Shown here: in pieces, positions 47,491 through 58,500 of the stretch | How the letters are laid out: each line of letters starts with the position of its first letter | Numbering within the stretch: position 1 is the stretch's first letter | Origin: an uncultured virus (IMG/VR IMGVR_UViG_3300025132_007876) | Taxonomy: Duplodnaviria > Heunggongvirae > Uroviricota > Caudoviricetes | DNA length: 64,000 nucleotides | IMG/VR virus record: IMGVR_UViG_3300025132_007876 | Direction: 5' to 3' (one strand) | Position numbers and translations under genes: made by a program | Notes under the pieces: model-generated | The model's database searches: none | The model's input: the letters and a program-made list of their open reading frames with translations, nothing else | Told to the model about the DNA's origin: nothing

Positions 47491-48320
47491 AAATTTTAGT
47501 TACTGGTCATAAAGGCTATATTGGCAGTCACTTATTTAAGCAACTAACAAATGCAGGACATAGCGTGCACGGTATTGATTTGAGAGGCGGCGAAGATATA
47601 CTATATTGCCTGCCCAAAGAAAATTTTGATTTTGTTTTTCACATGGCTGCTTGCCCTAGAGTAGGATTTTCAGTTGAAAACCCCGCCTATACACTCAGGC
47701 AAAATGTTCTTATAACCTCAAAGGTTTTAGAGTGGGCCAAAGATCATGATGTTAAGAGAGTTATTTTTAGCTCTTCCTCCGCTGTACTGGGTGATGGAGA
47801 CGGTAACCCAAAGTCTCCATATGGATTACATAAACTAATGTCAGAGATGGAATGTAAGCTATTTTCTGAATTATATGGCTTAGATACTGTGTGTCTAAGA
47901 TATTTTAACGCCTATTCAGAAGATCAACCATTCGGTGGCACCTATTCTACTGCTATATGTGCATGGATGGAAATGATTAGACAAGGAAAAAAATTGAGAA
48001 TTGATGGCGACGGCGAACAAACAAGAGATCTGGTTCATGTAGAAGATATATGCAGTGCTAATATTTCTTGTATGGAGTCCTCTATGTGGTTCGGCGGGAA
48101 AACTTATAATGTGGGCTCCGGAGTGTCGGTGACAATGAACTATATTAAAAATTATATTGATTCTTTACATGAAGTGGAGTGGGATCACGCCCCTGCTCGA
48201 AAAGGCGACGCAAGGCATACCTTAGCAGACATCTCTGAAATTAAAAAAGATCTCAATTGGAAACCAGAAATATTTATTGAGGCAGGACTAGAAAGGTGCT
48301 TCAAGCGGAGATTAAAGTGA
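47487..48320 (+). CDS. NAD-dependent epimerase/dehydratase
   Basis: TGHKGYIG, FSSS, YGLHK, RYFN, GDGEQTRD. Confidence 0.9.
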   Translation: MKILVTGHKGYIGSHLFKQLTNAGHSVHGIDLRGGEDILYCLPKENFDFVFHMAACPRVGFSVENPAYTLRQNVLITSKVLEWAKDHDVKRVIFSSSSAVLGDGDGNPKSPYGLHKLMSEMECKLFSELYGLDTVCLRYFNAYSEDQPFGGTYSTAICAWMEMIRQGKKLRIDGDGEQTRDLVHVEDICSANISCMESSMWFGGKTYNVGSGVSVTMNYIKNYIDSLHEVEWDHAPARKGDARHTLADISEIKKDLNWKPEIFIEAGLERCFKRRLK

Positions 48321-48721
48321 AAAAAGGATTAATTGCCGGAAATTTTGATGTCTTGCACCCCGGGTATATAAAGATGTTTAAAGAAGCTAAACTAGTTTGC
48401 AATAATTTAATAATAGCATTACACTCAGACCCTAGTATTGAAAGACCAGAAAAATTAAAACCTATTCTCACTGTAGATGAGAGAATAGAGATGTTAGAAA
48501 GTATAACATATATTGATAAGATTGTTGTATACAATTATGAAAAAGATCTAGTAGATGCTATACTAAGAGAAAAACCAGACATAAGGTTCTTAGGAGATGA
48601 CTATAGGAATGTAAAAACATATACTGGTTTTGGATTATGTCCCGAAGTACATTTTTTTAGAAGAGATCATGGCTGGTCAACAACAAAATATAAAAATTTA
48701 ATAAAACAGAGTATAGAATGA
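48317..48721 (+). CDS. Cytidylyltransferase-like protein (TagD-like)
   Basis: GNFDVLHPGY, LGDDY, HGWSTT. Confidence 0.85.
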   Translation: MKKGLIAGNFDVLHPGYIKMFKEAKLVCNNLIIALHSDPSIERPEKLKPILTVDERIEMLESITYIDKIVVYNYEKDLVDAILREKPDIRFLGDDYRNVKTYTGFGLCPEVHFFRRDHGWSTTKYKNLIKQSIE

Positions 48722-49065
48722 GAGGTAATCACAAAGAGCAACGACCATGGGGTGAGTTTGAGAACCTTCTCGATGCTGAATACTGCAAGGTGAAAAGAAT
48801 CACCGTAAAGCCCCACCAAAGGCTAAGTTACCAATATCACCACAAAAGATCCGAGGTATGGACGATCGTGTCTGGCACCGGACACATAACTATTGACGAT
48901 AAGTCTTGGGATGTTATCCAAGGCCAAACAACACAGATACCTGTTGGCACCAGACACAGGATCGAAAACAAAACAAACGAAGATTTAATCTTTATCGAGG
49001 TACAACACGGAACATACTTCGGAGAAGACGATATTATTCGCATTCAAGATGACTATAACCGATAG
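48718..49065 (+). CDS. Mannose-6-phosphate isomerase type II cupin domain
   Basis: RPWG, LSYQYHHKRSEVW, HRIEN, IEVQ.G.Y.GEDDI.R..DDY.R. Confidence 0.92.
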   Translation: MRGNHKEQRPWGEFENLLDAEYCKVKRITVKPHQRLSYQYHHKRSEVWTIVSGTGHITIDDKSWDVIQGQTTQIPVGTRHRIENKTNEDLIFIEVQHGTYFGEDDIIRIQDDYNR

Positions 49066-49074
49066 GAGACTAAA

Positions 49075-49290
49075 ATGAATTACAAGTTATCAAATCAAGC
49101 AGTCGGAGCCGTAATGATGGCCCTTCAAAAATCTTTAATGGAACAAAGTGACATCGTTCCTGTCCTAAGAAACTTCAACGTGCAAATTGACGATACAGGA
49201 GAACTAGTTGTGATTAATCCACCAGTTGTAAAATCAAACACAGGATATGATCAACCAGATACAACCCAGTCTAAGGTTGTGACCTCTTAA
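49075..49290 (+). CDS. Hypothetical protein
   Basis: AGGAG SD. Confidence 0.7.
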   Translation: MNYKLSNQAVGAVMMALQKSLMEQSDIVPVLRNFNVQIDDTGELVVINPPVVKSNTGYDQPDTTQSKVVTS

Positions 49291-49547
49291 TGCCTAGGTA
49301 TGTATATAGGTGTGATTCCTGCTCAGGTCATTTTCAAATAAGACATGCGATGTCTGAGAAACAAGAGGTTTGCACAATATGCAATAGTAAGGGGCTTCTA
49401 ACAAGAGTCCCTCAAATGCCTTTTGTGGTTAATAAAGAAGAAACAGAAACAAAAACTGGATCGACCACAAAAGATTTCATTGAGCAAAACCGTGAAGTTT
49501 TGAAAGAAATGAAAGAGGAAGCAAGGAGTTCAACATATGGAGATTAG
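49290..49547 (+). CDS. FmdB-family zinc-ribbon protein
   Basis: MPRYVYRCDSC...CTIC. Confidence 0.85.
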   Translation: MPRYVYRCDSCSGHFQIRHAMSEKQEVCTICNSKGLLTRVPQMPFVVNKEETETKTGSTTKDFIEQNREVLKEMKEEARSSTYGD

Positions 49548-49926
49548 TTTCACATTTTGGTTAATTTTGTGCCTTTCTTTGAGCGTAACGGCTAATATTT
49601 TAGCCGTTTGGTACATTAGAAGGATAATCACTAGGCTAACATATGTAAATGAAAATATAGGCGATTTGAGCGTTCTAATAAGATCATACCAAAAACATTT
49701 GGCTGGCATATTTTCTCTAGAACAATACTATGGAGATCAAGAAATAAAATCCTTACTTGATCACACAAGGGTCCTCAAAGATATACTGGATGAATATTCA
49801 GAAGTATCAAACTTGCTAGACGAACCTATAGAAGATGACGAAGAAGAAGGAGAACCGGAAGATGCCACGACGCCCGTCGACGAAGAAAATGTATTTTACG
49901 CAGGAACACGAACAAGCGATAATTGA
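49537..49926 (+). CDS. Membrane-anchored hypothetical protein
   Basis: N-terminal TM, coiled region, acidic tail. Confidence 0.7.
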   Translation: MEISFTFWLILCLSLSVTANILAVWYIRRIITRLTYVNENIGDLSVLIRSYQKHLAGIFSLEQYYGDQEIKSLLDHTRVLKDILDEYSEVSNLLDEPIEDDEEEGEPEDATTPVDEENVFYAGTRTSDN

Positions 49927-50548
49927 TTATTGCAGTTCGTCCTGTAACAAACTAAGAACAGATTTATACGTCAGGCTATTACAGCCTGCGTTTGACCAAA
50001 TGGTTGATAAAATTGTATTCACATACAAATTCACAACCTTGCCCAACATAGATGAATTAAGAAATGAGTGTAAGGTTTGGCTAACAACCATCCTTGAAAA
50101 GTATGATCCAAACAAGGGCTCTAAGGCCTTCTCCTACTTCAGTGTAATTACAAAGAACTGGTTTATTCATAAAGTCAAGCAGACTTCAAAACGTGCAAAA
50201 CGTGAGGTTGATTATGAAGATGCCCTCAAAGAAGTTGATGAAGACAAAATTGTCTGCTATAATGAGTGGGAAAACGAAGAAGAAAATCGTGATTTCTGGC
50301 TTAAGCTCTGGGAAGAGATTGATAGTTGGTCGACCGATGATATGAAAGAAAGCGAAAAGAAAGTTTTTGAGGCTGTTAAAATTCTCCTGTCCTCTGTTGA
50401 GGAAATCGATATCTTCAATAAGAAGGCTATATATCTTTATTTACGAGAGCTTACGGGAATGAATACAAAGCAAGTCGTTTCTCAATTAAATAAAATTAGA
50501 AAAAAATATCGCTTGTTTAAACAAGATTGGGATAATGGAAAAATTTGA
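49862..50548 (+). CDS. Phage sigma factor (T4 gp55-like late sigma)
   Basis: Region 2-like ILEKYDPNKGSKAFSYFSVITKNWF; C-terminal helical motif LRELTGM. Confidence 0.75.
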   Translation: MPRRPSTKKMYFTQEHEQAIIDYCSSSCNKLRTDLYVRLLQPAFDQMVDKIVFTYKFTTLPNIDELRNECKVWLTTILEKYDPNKGSKAFSYFSVITKNWFIHKVKQTSKRAKREVDYEDALKEVDEDKIVCYNEWENEEENRDFWLKLWEEIDSWSTDDMKESEKKVFEAVKILLSSVEEIDIFNKKAIYLYLRELTGMNTKQVVSQLNKIRKKYRLFKQDWDNGKI

Positions 50549-50565
50549 ACTAGTCTAATTAAAAT

Positions 50566-50856
50566 ATGACCAAAAAAACAAACAATTATATTGATGAAGT
50601 GGTTGAAAACATAAGAAAAGACCGTGAAGTTACCAAGGAACTGTTGCAAGATGCAATAAAATGGCTGTCAAAAGACGAATCCAGACACAGGGAAATTGGC
50701 ATTGTCATGGCGAAATATGTTGAAACTCTTCAACGCTCAAACGAACAGCTTGTAAAAGTTGTTGGTATGATGTCAAAGAAAGAGAAAGAATCCGGCTTGT
50801 CTAACGAAGAGATGAAAAACATCTTTGACATGATATCCGGAGATGAGGATGAGTAG
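50566..50856 (+). CDS. Hypothetical helical protein
   Basis: KYVETLQRSNEQLVK. Confidence 0.75.
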   Translation: MTKKTNNYIDEVVENIRKDREVTKELLQDAIKWLSKDESRHREIGIVMAKYVETLQRSNEQLVKVVGMMSKKEKESGLSNEEMKNIFDMISGDEDE

Positions 50857-52168
50857 CTACAAAAAGAATTACACTCCCGGAAGAATAAATCCTTTCGACA
50901 GTAGCAAAAGATCAGCACGTGATAGGATTATGAACAATATCGGCGATGCTATGGAGGGTAATATACTCAAAGCATTCCGCAGATCGAGATTCAAAGGTAT
51001 AATATTAAATGGGTATGATACTGGTATCATGAAGCCTACTTCCGGTGGCTATTTATTTAATACCCCTATAGCTGTTGATCTTGGCGAAGGTTTAATAAGA
51101 TGGAAGTTAAATTTTACTATTCATGAATCCTTTTACGACACAGAGATTGGCAATGCCTTTACATCTTTTTTCGGCAAGTCTCCAATAATGGAAGGAGTGC
51201 CGGATGTTGTGATGCAAGAAAGAATAAGGCGAATGCCAACGGCATACACGGATATCGGAAGTTCATTTTATGGCAATTTAAGTTTTGGATCGATAGTCAA
51301 TATTTATGAAAGATTTGGTTTCTTCTTTATCGGCGAACCACTAGGATCAGCTAGAGTTGGCGGCTATGGTGGTGGATTAGGAGGAAGAAATGGCTTTGGC
51401 AATGGTAGCCCATTTAGCCCTCTAGAGGACCAAGGGCAGCTTCCGGAGCCCGAAAAGCCACCACAATTTATTGTTAATGGTGTAAAATATGTTTCCACCC
51501 CATCAGTTAATGCCGGCGCCAGAGCTTTAGCTCTGTATAGGTCTGCTATCGGAGCAGGAATGACCGACAAAAGTAGAGGTTGGGAAACAACGCCAACCGG
51601 TAGGGCTTGGATCTCTACTCACATTTATGATGGCCTATTTCCGGGAAAAGGCTATGGTCTTAAGTATGGGCCATTTCTAGGCATTAAAGATAAAGAATCA
51701 ATGTGGAGTAGCTGGTTTCACAATTTGTGCCACAAACCGTACAGAAAGCCCTTCAAAGGCAGAGGGGTTTATACTTACTTTGCTTACCCGGCTAGACAAG
51801 CATATGATGTAAAAAAGGAGGTTGAGGCCAACCCATCGGCCTTCGCTGGGCAAGAGTTCTTTGGGTTATTCAAGCCCACTGATGTTCCATTTTATCTTGG
51901 CGACTCGTTATTTAATTGGGGATCACACAGAAAGAAAGCGGGCGTAAATTCGTATGAATCTTTTGAGGGCGATACCGAGAAGGTTGGCTCTCACATGAAA
52001 GTGTATGCTAGAAAAGATGGAAGCACAGCTATCTGCCATGGTGGTAATGAGAGCCAAAAAGTAGGGAGTACGAGACTGACCTTAAAGAGTGGGGATATGT
52101 TACATGAACAGCATCATAAAAAATATGTCGCCATTTATAAAAAAGTAAAAGTAATAGGACCAGCGTAA
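50849..52168 (+). CDS. Putative tail/baseplate protein, C-terminal DUF2272/CHAP-like domain
   Basis: Shared N-terminal domain; WSSWF...GSHM...GGNES. Confidence 0.6.
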   Translation: MSSYKKNYTPGRINPFDSSKRSARDRIMNNIGDAMEGNILKAFRRSRFKGIILNGYDTGIMKPTSGGYLFNTPIAVDLGEGLIRWKLNFTIHESFYDTEIGNAFTSFFGKSPIMEGVPDVVMQERIRRMPTAYTDIGSSFYGNLSFGSIVNIYERFGFFFIGEPLGSARVGGYGGGLGGRNGFGNGSPFSPLEDQGQLPEPEKPPQFIVNGVKYVSTPSVNAGARALALYRSAIGAGMTDKSRGWETTPTGRAWISTHIYDGLFPGKGYGLKYGPFLGIKDKESMWSSWFHNLCHKPYRKPFKGRGVYTYFAYPARQAYDVKKEVEANPSAFAGQEFFGLFKPTDVPFYLGDSLFNWGSHRKKAGVNSYESFEGDTEKVGSHMKVYARKDGSTAICHGGNESQKVGSTRLTLKSGDMLHEQHHKKYVAIYKKVKVIGPA

Positions 52169-53370
52169 TGACAGCGTTTAGAAATATAATAACCCCAGAA
52201 TTTTATACATTTCTTATGAGCAATAAGAAACTGTATGGACGTGCGGTTTTTGATCAAATTAATGATGCGTCTGAGAAAATAGCAATCACAGAAGACGAAC
52301 AAGATTCATTAGCAGTTGTGTTGTCTGGAGAGCAAACGGGTATAACTACTCCTAGTAATGAAATCAGTTATTTACCAAATCAACCAAAACTAGTAACCTA
52401 TGGCGACGGCTTAAAGAGAAGAAAAATAAAGTTTAGATCAATAGATGGTATGCAATATTCCGATGTCATGAAAGATTTCACAGGTCTAATAAAGTCTCCG
52501 TTAGACCAATCAATGCCGGCAGCAGATCGTGATTATTATATTAATTTGCATCCATCTGCTCATACAATTGTGGGAGAATTTCAAACCAACCCTATGCCAT
52601 TTGGCTCTATTGTTATTGTAAGGAAAATAGGAACTGAATTCGTTATAATTGAAAATGTTTCTTCGCCCATGATATCATCAAACCCTTCTGGAGATACTGG
52701 CGAATCAACTGAATATTCGTACGATTCATCAAAGGATGGAGATCTTGAAAGGAAATTTAACCTTAAAAGAAGAAAGGGTAAATATACTGGCAAATTAACC
52801 CAGTATCATAACCAAATGTTATATAACGGAAGTCTTCCAACGGATATGCTCAGGGTACCAGATACTACACACTGGAAGCCCATGGGCTCAGGCGGTGGAG
52901 CCATCTTAATTGATTATATTCCAAGTTTTCACGCCATGTGTGCAGCCTTTTACAATCATTTTGGAAAAAAGCTCAGAAGCTCCGGCATCAGAAGTTTTAA
53001 GCAGCAAATAAAAAATAGAAAACTCAGCATGCCAGTATCAGCAGGCGGTAGCAGGCCTGAGTCCGCTGCATGCAAGACGTTGAATCAGAGGGGCGCCGGC
53101 TGCGGAACCGCAGTACCCGGCAGATCTAATCATGGCTGGGGACAAGCAGTTGATATTAGGACTCCGGAGGGAGTCAAGTGTACAAACCGAGCTTGCTTTA
53201 TAGGGGCGTCCTCACCATACTACAAATGGCTGGTTGATAATGCATACACTAATGGATTTGAGGGCATGAAGTGGGGACATCTTGGCCAAAAAGGAACTAT
53301 TTTGGCTAGCCAGACTTTTGAGGCTTGGCACTGGGAACCAATTACCGGAAGAGTTATAAAGGGATTATAA
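52168..53370 (+). CDS. Putative tail/baseplate protein, C-terminal M15 (VanY-like) peptidase
   Basis: SGIRS...Q, PGRSNHGWGQAVD, WL..NA, EAWHW. Confidence 0.8.
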   Translation: MTAFRNIITPEFYTFLMSNKKLYGRAVFDQINDASEKIAITEDEQDSLAVVLSGEQTGITTPSNEISYLPNQPKLVTYGDGLKRRKIKFRSIDGMQYSDVMKDFTGLIKSPLDQSMPAADRDYYINLHPSAHTIVGEFQTNPMPFGSIVIVRKIGTEFVIIENVSSPMISSNPSGDTGESTEYSYDSSKDGDLERKFNLKRRKGKYTGKLTQYHNQMLYNGSLPTDMLRVPDTTHWKPMGSGGGAILIDYIPSFHAMCAAFYNHFGKKLRSSGIRSFKQQIKNRKLSMPVSAGGSRPESAACKTLNQRGAGCGTAVPGRSNHGWGQAVDIRTPEGVKCTNRACFIGASSPYYKWLVDNAYTNGFEGMKWGHLGQKGTILASQTFEAWHWEPITGRVIKGL

Positions 53371-54518
53371 TGTCAGGATACAAGAGAAATCAAAATGGTA
53401 ATTTTAATTTGAGAATTGGTGAATTTGATTCATACTTCGAGAGACTTAATGATAATTTAGAGGAAAAATTATATACTAGTAAATCAACCACATGGATGGG
53501 AATATGCCTTAGCGGCTATTCACAGAATTCTTCTGTTTCTGATAAAACTCTAATGATCACAAACCCTATACAAGTTGTAGATTTGGGAGATGGTATCCCA
53601 AGATATAAAATAAAAATAATGCTATTATCAGACGCTTTTGGTATTGGGCTCTTATCTCCAACAGCAAATGCCAAGATTGATTTGTCGAAATTCGAAGAAG
53701 TTAAATCCCAAACCGAAATTAGTTTTTTGATGAAAGTCGCCTTCACAGAAGATTTAGCAGTCATGCCGTATTTTGGAGCAACGTTGCTAATAGAAGAATA
53801 CGGGACAACTCCATTTGTCAAAACAATAATAGCAGACTCGGCAACTGTTCTAGGGCAAATTACCAACTCTGGTAGTAGAAACGGATTTAACAATGGAATT
53901 GCTCAACCTTTAGAAGGAGAACACCCTTACAAGGACATGATGATACAGGGATCCCACTTTCCTTATAAGCCAATACATAAAAATTTGAAGGTAAAGGGAA
54001 ACAGGCACATACGAGAAAAATTAATACCAGCGGTCAATCGTGTATTAGCTAGTGAGACAAAAGGCATGCGACTACTATGTATTGTACATGCAATAAAAGA
54101 AGGCTATAAGCCGGGCTCACGGTCATACAAATACAACAATCCCGGAAATGTAGGAAATACTGACTCAGGAAATAATAAAGGATTTGCTACGCTTGATGAT
54201 GGAATAAAACATTTAAGCAAATATATAAAAGATGTAGCTGAAGGGAGAAGAAGGTCTTACCCCTTGGGCAAACAAAGAGTTATCAAGCCGTATTTTAGTA
54301 AAGAAATTGCAAAATACCAAAAAACATATAAGAAGTCTCCGTATTTGCCGGGATACACTTTTACATATACAGGCCAGATTGATCAATATGTAAAAATATA
54401 TGCCACGGGAGCAAGATCAGGAAATTCATATTTAAGCTTAATTATATCTTATTTCAATCAAAATGGCATAAGTCTAACACCAGAGAGCACTATACAAGAT
54501 ATTATTAAAATTAACTAG
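53370..54518 (+). CDS. Putative tail/baseplate protein, C-terminal lysozyme-like domain
   Basis: EGY..GSRSYKYNNPGN...F.T...G; shared N-terminal domain. Confidence 0.65.
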   Translation: MSGYKRNQNGNFNLRIGEFDSYFERLNDNLEEKLYTSKSTTWMGICLSGYSQNSSVSDKTLMITNPIQVVDLGDGIPRYKIKIMLLSDAFGIGLLSPTANAKIDLSKFEEVKSQTEISFLMKVAFTEDLAVMPYFGATLLIEEYGTTPFVKTIIADSATVLGQITNSGSRNGFNNGIAQPLEGEHPYKDMMIQGSHFPYKPIHKNLKVKGNRHIREKLIPAVNRVLASETKGMRLLCIVHAIKEGYKPGSRSYKYNNPGNVGNTDSGNNKGFATLDDGIKHLSKYIKDVAEGRRRSYPLGKQRVIKPYFSKEIAKYQKTYKKSPYLPGYTFTYTGQIDQYVKIYATGARSGNSYLSLIISYFNQNGISLTPESTIQDIIKIN

Positions 54519-54529
54519 CAGGGACAACT

Positions 54530-55549
54530 ATGAGTAAAGTAAGAGATGTAGAAATAAATAACGAACAACTGGTTGGGATGTACGGTCATCATCTGAATGA
54601 AGGCCCGTTTATTCCATTATGGAAAGAGAGCGGTAGTGAAGAGGTACTGAGAGGCAACAACAATTCATTCATCGTACTGGGTAGAGATCGTGATGGCCAC
54701 GCCGGCGAGGGTGTCGGCGGACAAGGCGGGACCGGTTGTGGATCCATTGATATAGTTGCTGGTCTTGGTGGCTTTGATTACAAAGAGGGCGTTAAGAAAC
54801 AAATTAACGGTAGAAAAGGGATAGATAAAAACAATTATCCCACCGACCTAAGAAGAACAGACCCAAATTTTTATATGGATGCCGCCAGAGTCTATATTAC
54901 AGAGAAGGGTAATATTGATCACTATTTTGGCCTTGCGCAAGGAACCGAAAGAGTAAAGCAGTCGGAGCTTAAGTCTGCGATTGGAATAAAAGCAGACCAT
55001 TTAAGATTGGTGGGAAGAGAGCACATCAAGATTGTAACTGGCAAGGCACGATTAGAAAATGGCGGCACGGCTGGTGAAAGAAATTCTGGTGGTGGCAAAA
55101 TTGAGAATGTTGGGAAAATTGACCTTATAGCCGGGAACTACACAGACCCAGAAGAGACCGGCTTCATGAGCATATTTGGCGACAGTATGGGCGTCGGAAA
55201 GACAATAAGAAAATTACAGCCAATTCCAAAAGGCGACAACCTAAAAGAGATATTAGATAGAATACTAGATCACGTGATAGAGCTTTCATCACTGGCACGA
55301 AGCAACACGGGATGGATACAGAATTTAACAACAATTTTTCAAGCGCATGTTCATGAGTTCAATGTACCATTCGGTCCGACATCGCCACCAATTACATCTG
55401 CTCTGGTCTCTTTACCAGTCTGGGTAGAGTGTTGGAGTAACTGGGTGGGCTCTCTGGTTTTGACACTTAATGTAATTGTTGATAAGATTATGTTTTTGTT
55501 TCCCTTCTTTTCAACATACGTTAATAGCCGCTTCGTGAATACAACATAA
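54530..55549 (+). CDS. Baseplate spike-like protein
   Basis: Gly-rich beta repeats (IVLGRDR, IGIKADHLRLVGREHIKIVTG), KGDNL, HVH near C-terminus. Confidence 0.6.
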   Translation: MSKVRDVEINNEQLVGMYGHHLNEGPFIPLWKESGSEEVLRGNNNSFIVLGRDRDGHAGEGVGGQGGTGCGSIDIVAGLGGFDYKEGVKKQINGRKGIDKNNYPTDLRRTDPNFYMDAARVYITEKGNIDHYFGLAQGTERVKQSELKSAIGIKADHLRLVGREHIKIVTGKARLENGGTAGERNSGGGKIENVGKIDLIAGNYTDPEETGFMSIFGDSMGVGKTIRKLQPIPKGDNLKEILDRILDHVIELSSLARSNTGWIQNLTTIFQAHVHEFNVPFGPTSPPITSALVSLPVWVECWSNWVGSLVLTLNVIVDKIMFLFPFFSTYVNSRFVNTT

Positions 55550-55561
55550 GGATAATATAGC

Positions 55562-58500
55562 ATGCCAAACAATAATGATGATATCACATTAGAACAAGAG
55601 CCTCCCGAGCAACAGCCCGATGCAAACGAGGAATCACAAGTAGTCCAGCCTTCTACGGGTGGCTTTGGAGATCTACAATTAGACCAATGTGAAGACAAAG
55701 ACTTTTTAACTGCTGCGCCATTTTGCCCAACTTGCGAAATTGATGAAAACGCCGTTCCCGATGATTGGAGAGATCCGGAATATGATGAAGAGGTTTTCCT
55801 AGATAAGTCCAAGTGTGAATATGTTGCCGTAATTGAAGTAAAGTTAGAAAATATTCTCAAGAATGATCAACAAGAAAGGCTTGATTCAAAATTTAAAGAG
55901 ATAGAAAGGAAATATATTGAAGAAGCCATATCAGAATATCAGGGAAGAAATCCGGATGTTTTAGTAACACCAGAATGGTTTAGCGAGAAGCCACCTCCCG
56001 AGGCCCTCCCGATTATTGAAGAGGCAATTAGAAAAGCAACAGAAGAAATACAGCAAATTCAAACAGAAGGGTATTATTACGACACTAAGGAAGGAAAGCC
56101 TCTGGGTCAGTTTGATAGTTTATTGGAGTGGGCAAGAGACCCCGATAGAATAAGGCTCGGTATAAAATCCATATTGGACGAAACAGATAAATTAAATAAC
56201 GACAGAACAGTATGTGCCTTTGGAGGCTGCCAGTATAATATACAAGAGGTTCTAGAAAACAAAAAGTTAATAAACGAATATATTATGGGACTTAATGCAT
56301 GCATGAAGTCCACAAACAGTGCGCTAGCAAGCCCTGAATACGGAGAACATGGAGCGGTCTATGACACCCTACAGGCACTAACAACACCAGTTAGAATGGC
56401 CACCTTTGTAGTGGCTAGGGGCATTGGTTGGTTTGGAGATGTTCTAGGTAATAACTCAAAAAATGAAAATGAAAGAAAATTAGCAAAACGTTTTGACGGT
56501 ATGCTCACCGGGTTTTTTAGCGGCGATATTAAAAATTCACTGCAAAGGCTACAGGCAACTTATGGTACTTTAAATACGTATGCCCTAGAATGGCAAGCAT
56601 ATGTTCCTGATGATGGCATATACCTTTTACCAGATACTGATGTTTTAAGATACACTGTCAGGGTACCAGCGTTTAATGTAGATATGCTGCCACCGGCGGA
56701 AGAAGAAGATGAAGATGCCGCCGACAAATTTACCGAAGCCGAAATAAGTTTAGACAACGCAGATTGGCGTGTTAAATACACAGAGATGAAGACTGGTCTG
56801 ACTCTTATGAGATATGAATACGATGTCTTCAGGATCAGGGATAATGGGTCTATCATATATGATGAAGAAGGGGCGACAAGCTTTGATATGCTTGAGTTTG
56901 AGCCAATTGTTGAAAGCCTCAAGACCTTTAAAGTCGAATTGGAAAAGCTGCTTAACAAAAATATGATGGCGATGAGTTATCAAAAAGGTAACCCATTCAC
57001 ATGGCTGCAATACCTTTACCACAAAACTGTCAATAATGTTAGAATTGAGATAGCAAAAGAAGAGAAAAATGGTAAGGAAATATTGGTTATAAAGGATGTT
57101 TATGTTACGATCGAATCCTGTCCGGAGATGAAATTAACAACAAAAAGCATTGTGTCAATTAATAATGAGAAAAAAGACAAAACAGTCGGTTCAATAAAGA
57201 AGGGTGAAAATGATGATGATACCGTTTCACAGACTGAAAGCAGTACTCTCTATAAAAAAGTAAAATATTTAAATAAATTTAAAAGAAGGGTGTGTGGCGG
57301 TAGAGCAGACTACTCTATGCTATTTTTACTCTCTAAAATGGCAACTGCACTTATGGGCTTCCAAGCAGAAGAAAAAGTAAAGATTACTGATTGGGCTAAA
57401 GAATTTATTTTTCCAAAAGTTATTACAAATGATGGCTTGGCTATTGGAGATAATGGTAATGATAAATCAACTTTAGGCTGTATTTTAGAAAACTTTCCAC
57501 TAATGAGTGCCGAATCTTGGTCTTCAATTTTGGATGATTTGGTGTTAGGAACATGGGATGTGTTTCGTGATGAATTACGCAAAAGAATGTGTAAAAAGGA
57601 CGGAAAATATATCGACCCTGCATTGGAAAGATGGGCGAATAAAGCAGTAGAAGATGCTCAAGAGGAAGTATATGAGCAAGCAAAGCAAAAATATATAAAT
57701 CAGGCAAAGAAGGAAATCGATCAAAAAATACAAGATGCCCAGCAATTAGATGGCCTAGGTATGTATCTCGGCGAGACTTCCAACAAAGGTATCGAATTTA
57801 GTATTGATAGCCCGCCAAAAGACATATTGGATGACGAGAAGAAATTGAATGAATGGAGAGAGGAACAATATGAAGATGTAATGAGGCAAGTAAATAAGAA
57901 GGCCCGGGCAGCAAAAAAGCAATTCATGAAGGATCTTAAAGATGAAGGATATGAACACCCTTATACAAAAGATTTCAAAGCTGCCGTAAGAGCACAAGCT
58001 CCAAATTATGAAGAAAGTCTAACAAAAAAGTTTGTTGATTTTTTCACTGGTAACAATCCGACAAAACCAGATGACGATGCCGAGAAATTTTTTGAATATT
58101 TATCTGATATTGGTTTATGCGGTATGATCCTTGGCCTTAAAAAGGCTTTAGGGTGTTTATTTGGCCAAATGGACTTGCAAAAAATAGCAGAATATGTTTT
58201 AAGGAAAACAGTGGGAGCCTTAAGAATAGACCAGTTCATCTATTTTATAACTGAATTGTTACCCGTCGAACAACAGGTTGAAGTCCAAAAACGAATTGAT
58301 AAAGAAATATCCGAACTCTTCAAAGGAGTTGTAGTACCGCAGAGTGGAGACGTCTTAGATCCTTCTCTTTATGAAAAAATCCCAGAATCAAAGCCTGATC
58401 CTGAATTTAAATCTTTGCTTGGGGTTGGCCATGATCTCGGAGTAAGCGGTTCATCAAAAATATCACAGTTCTTAACTGGCAAAAACAATAAGAAGTTAGA

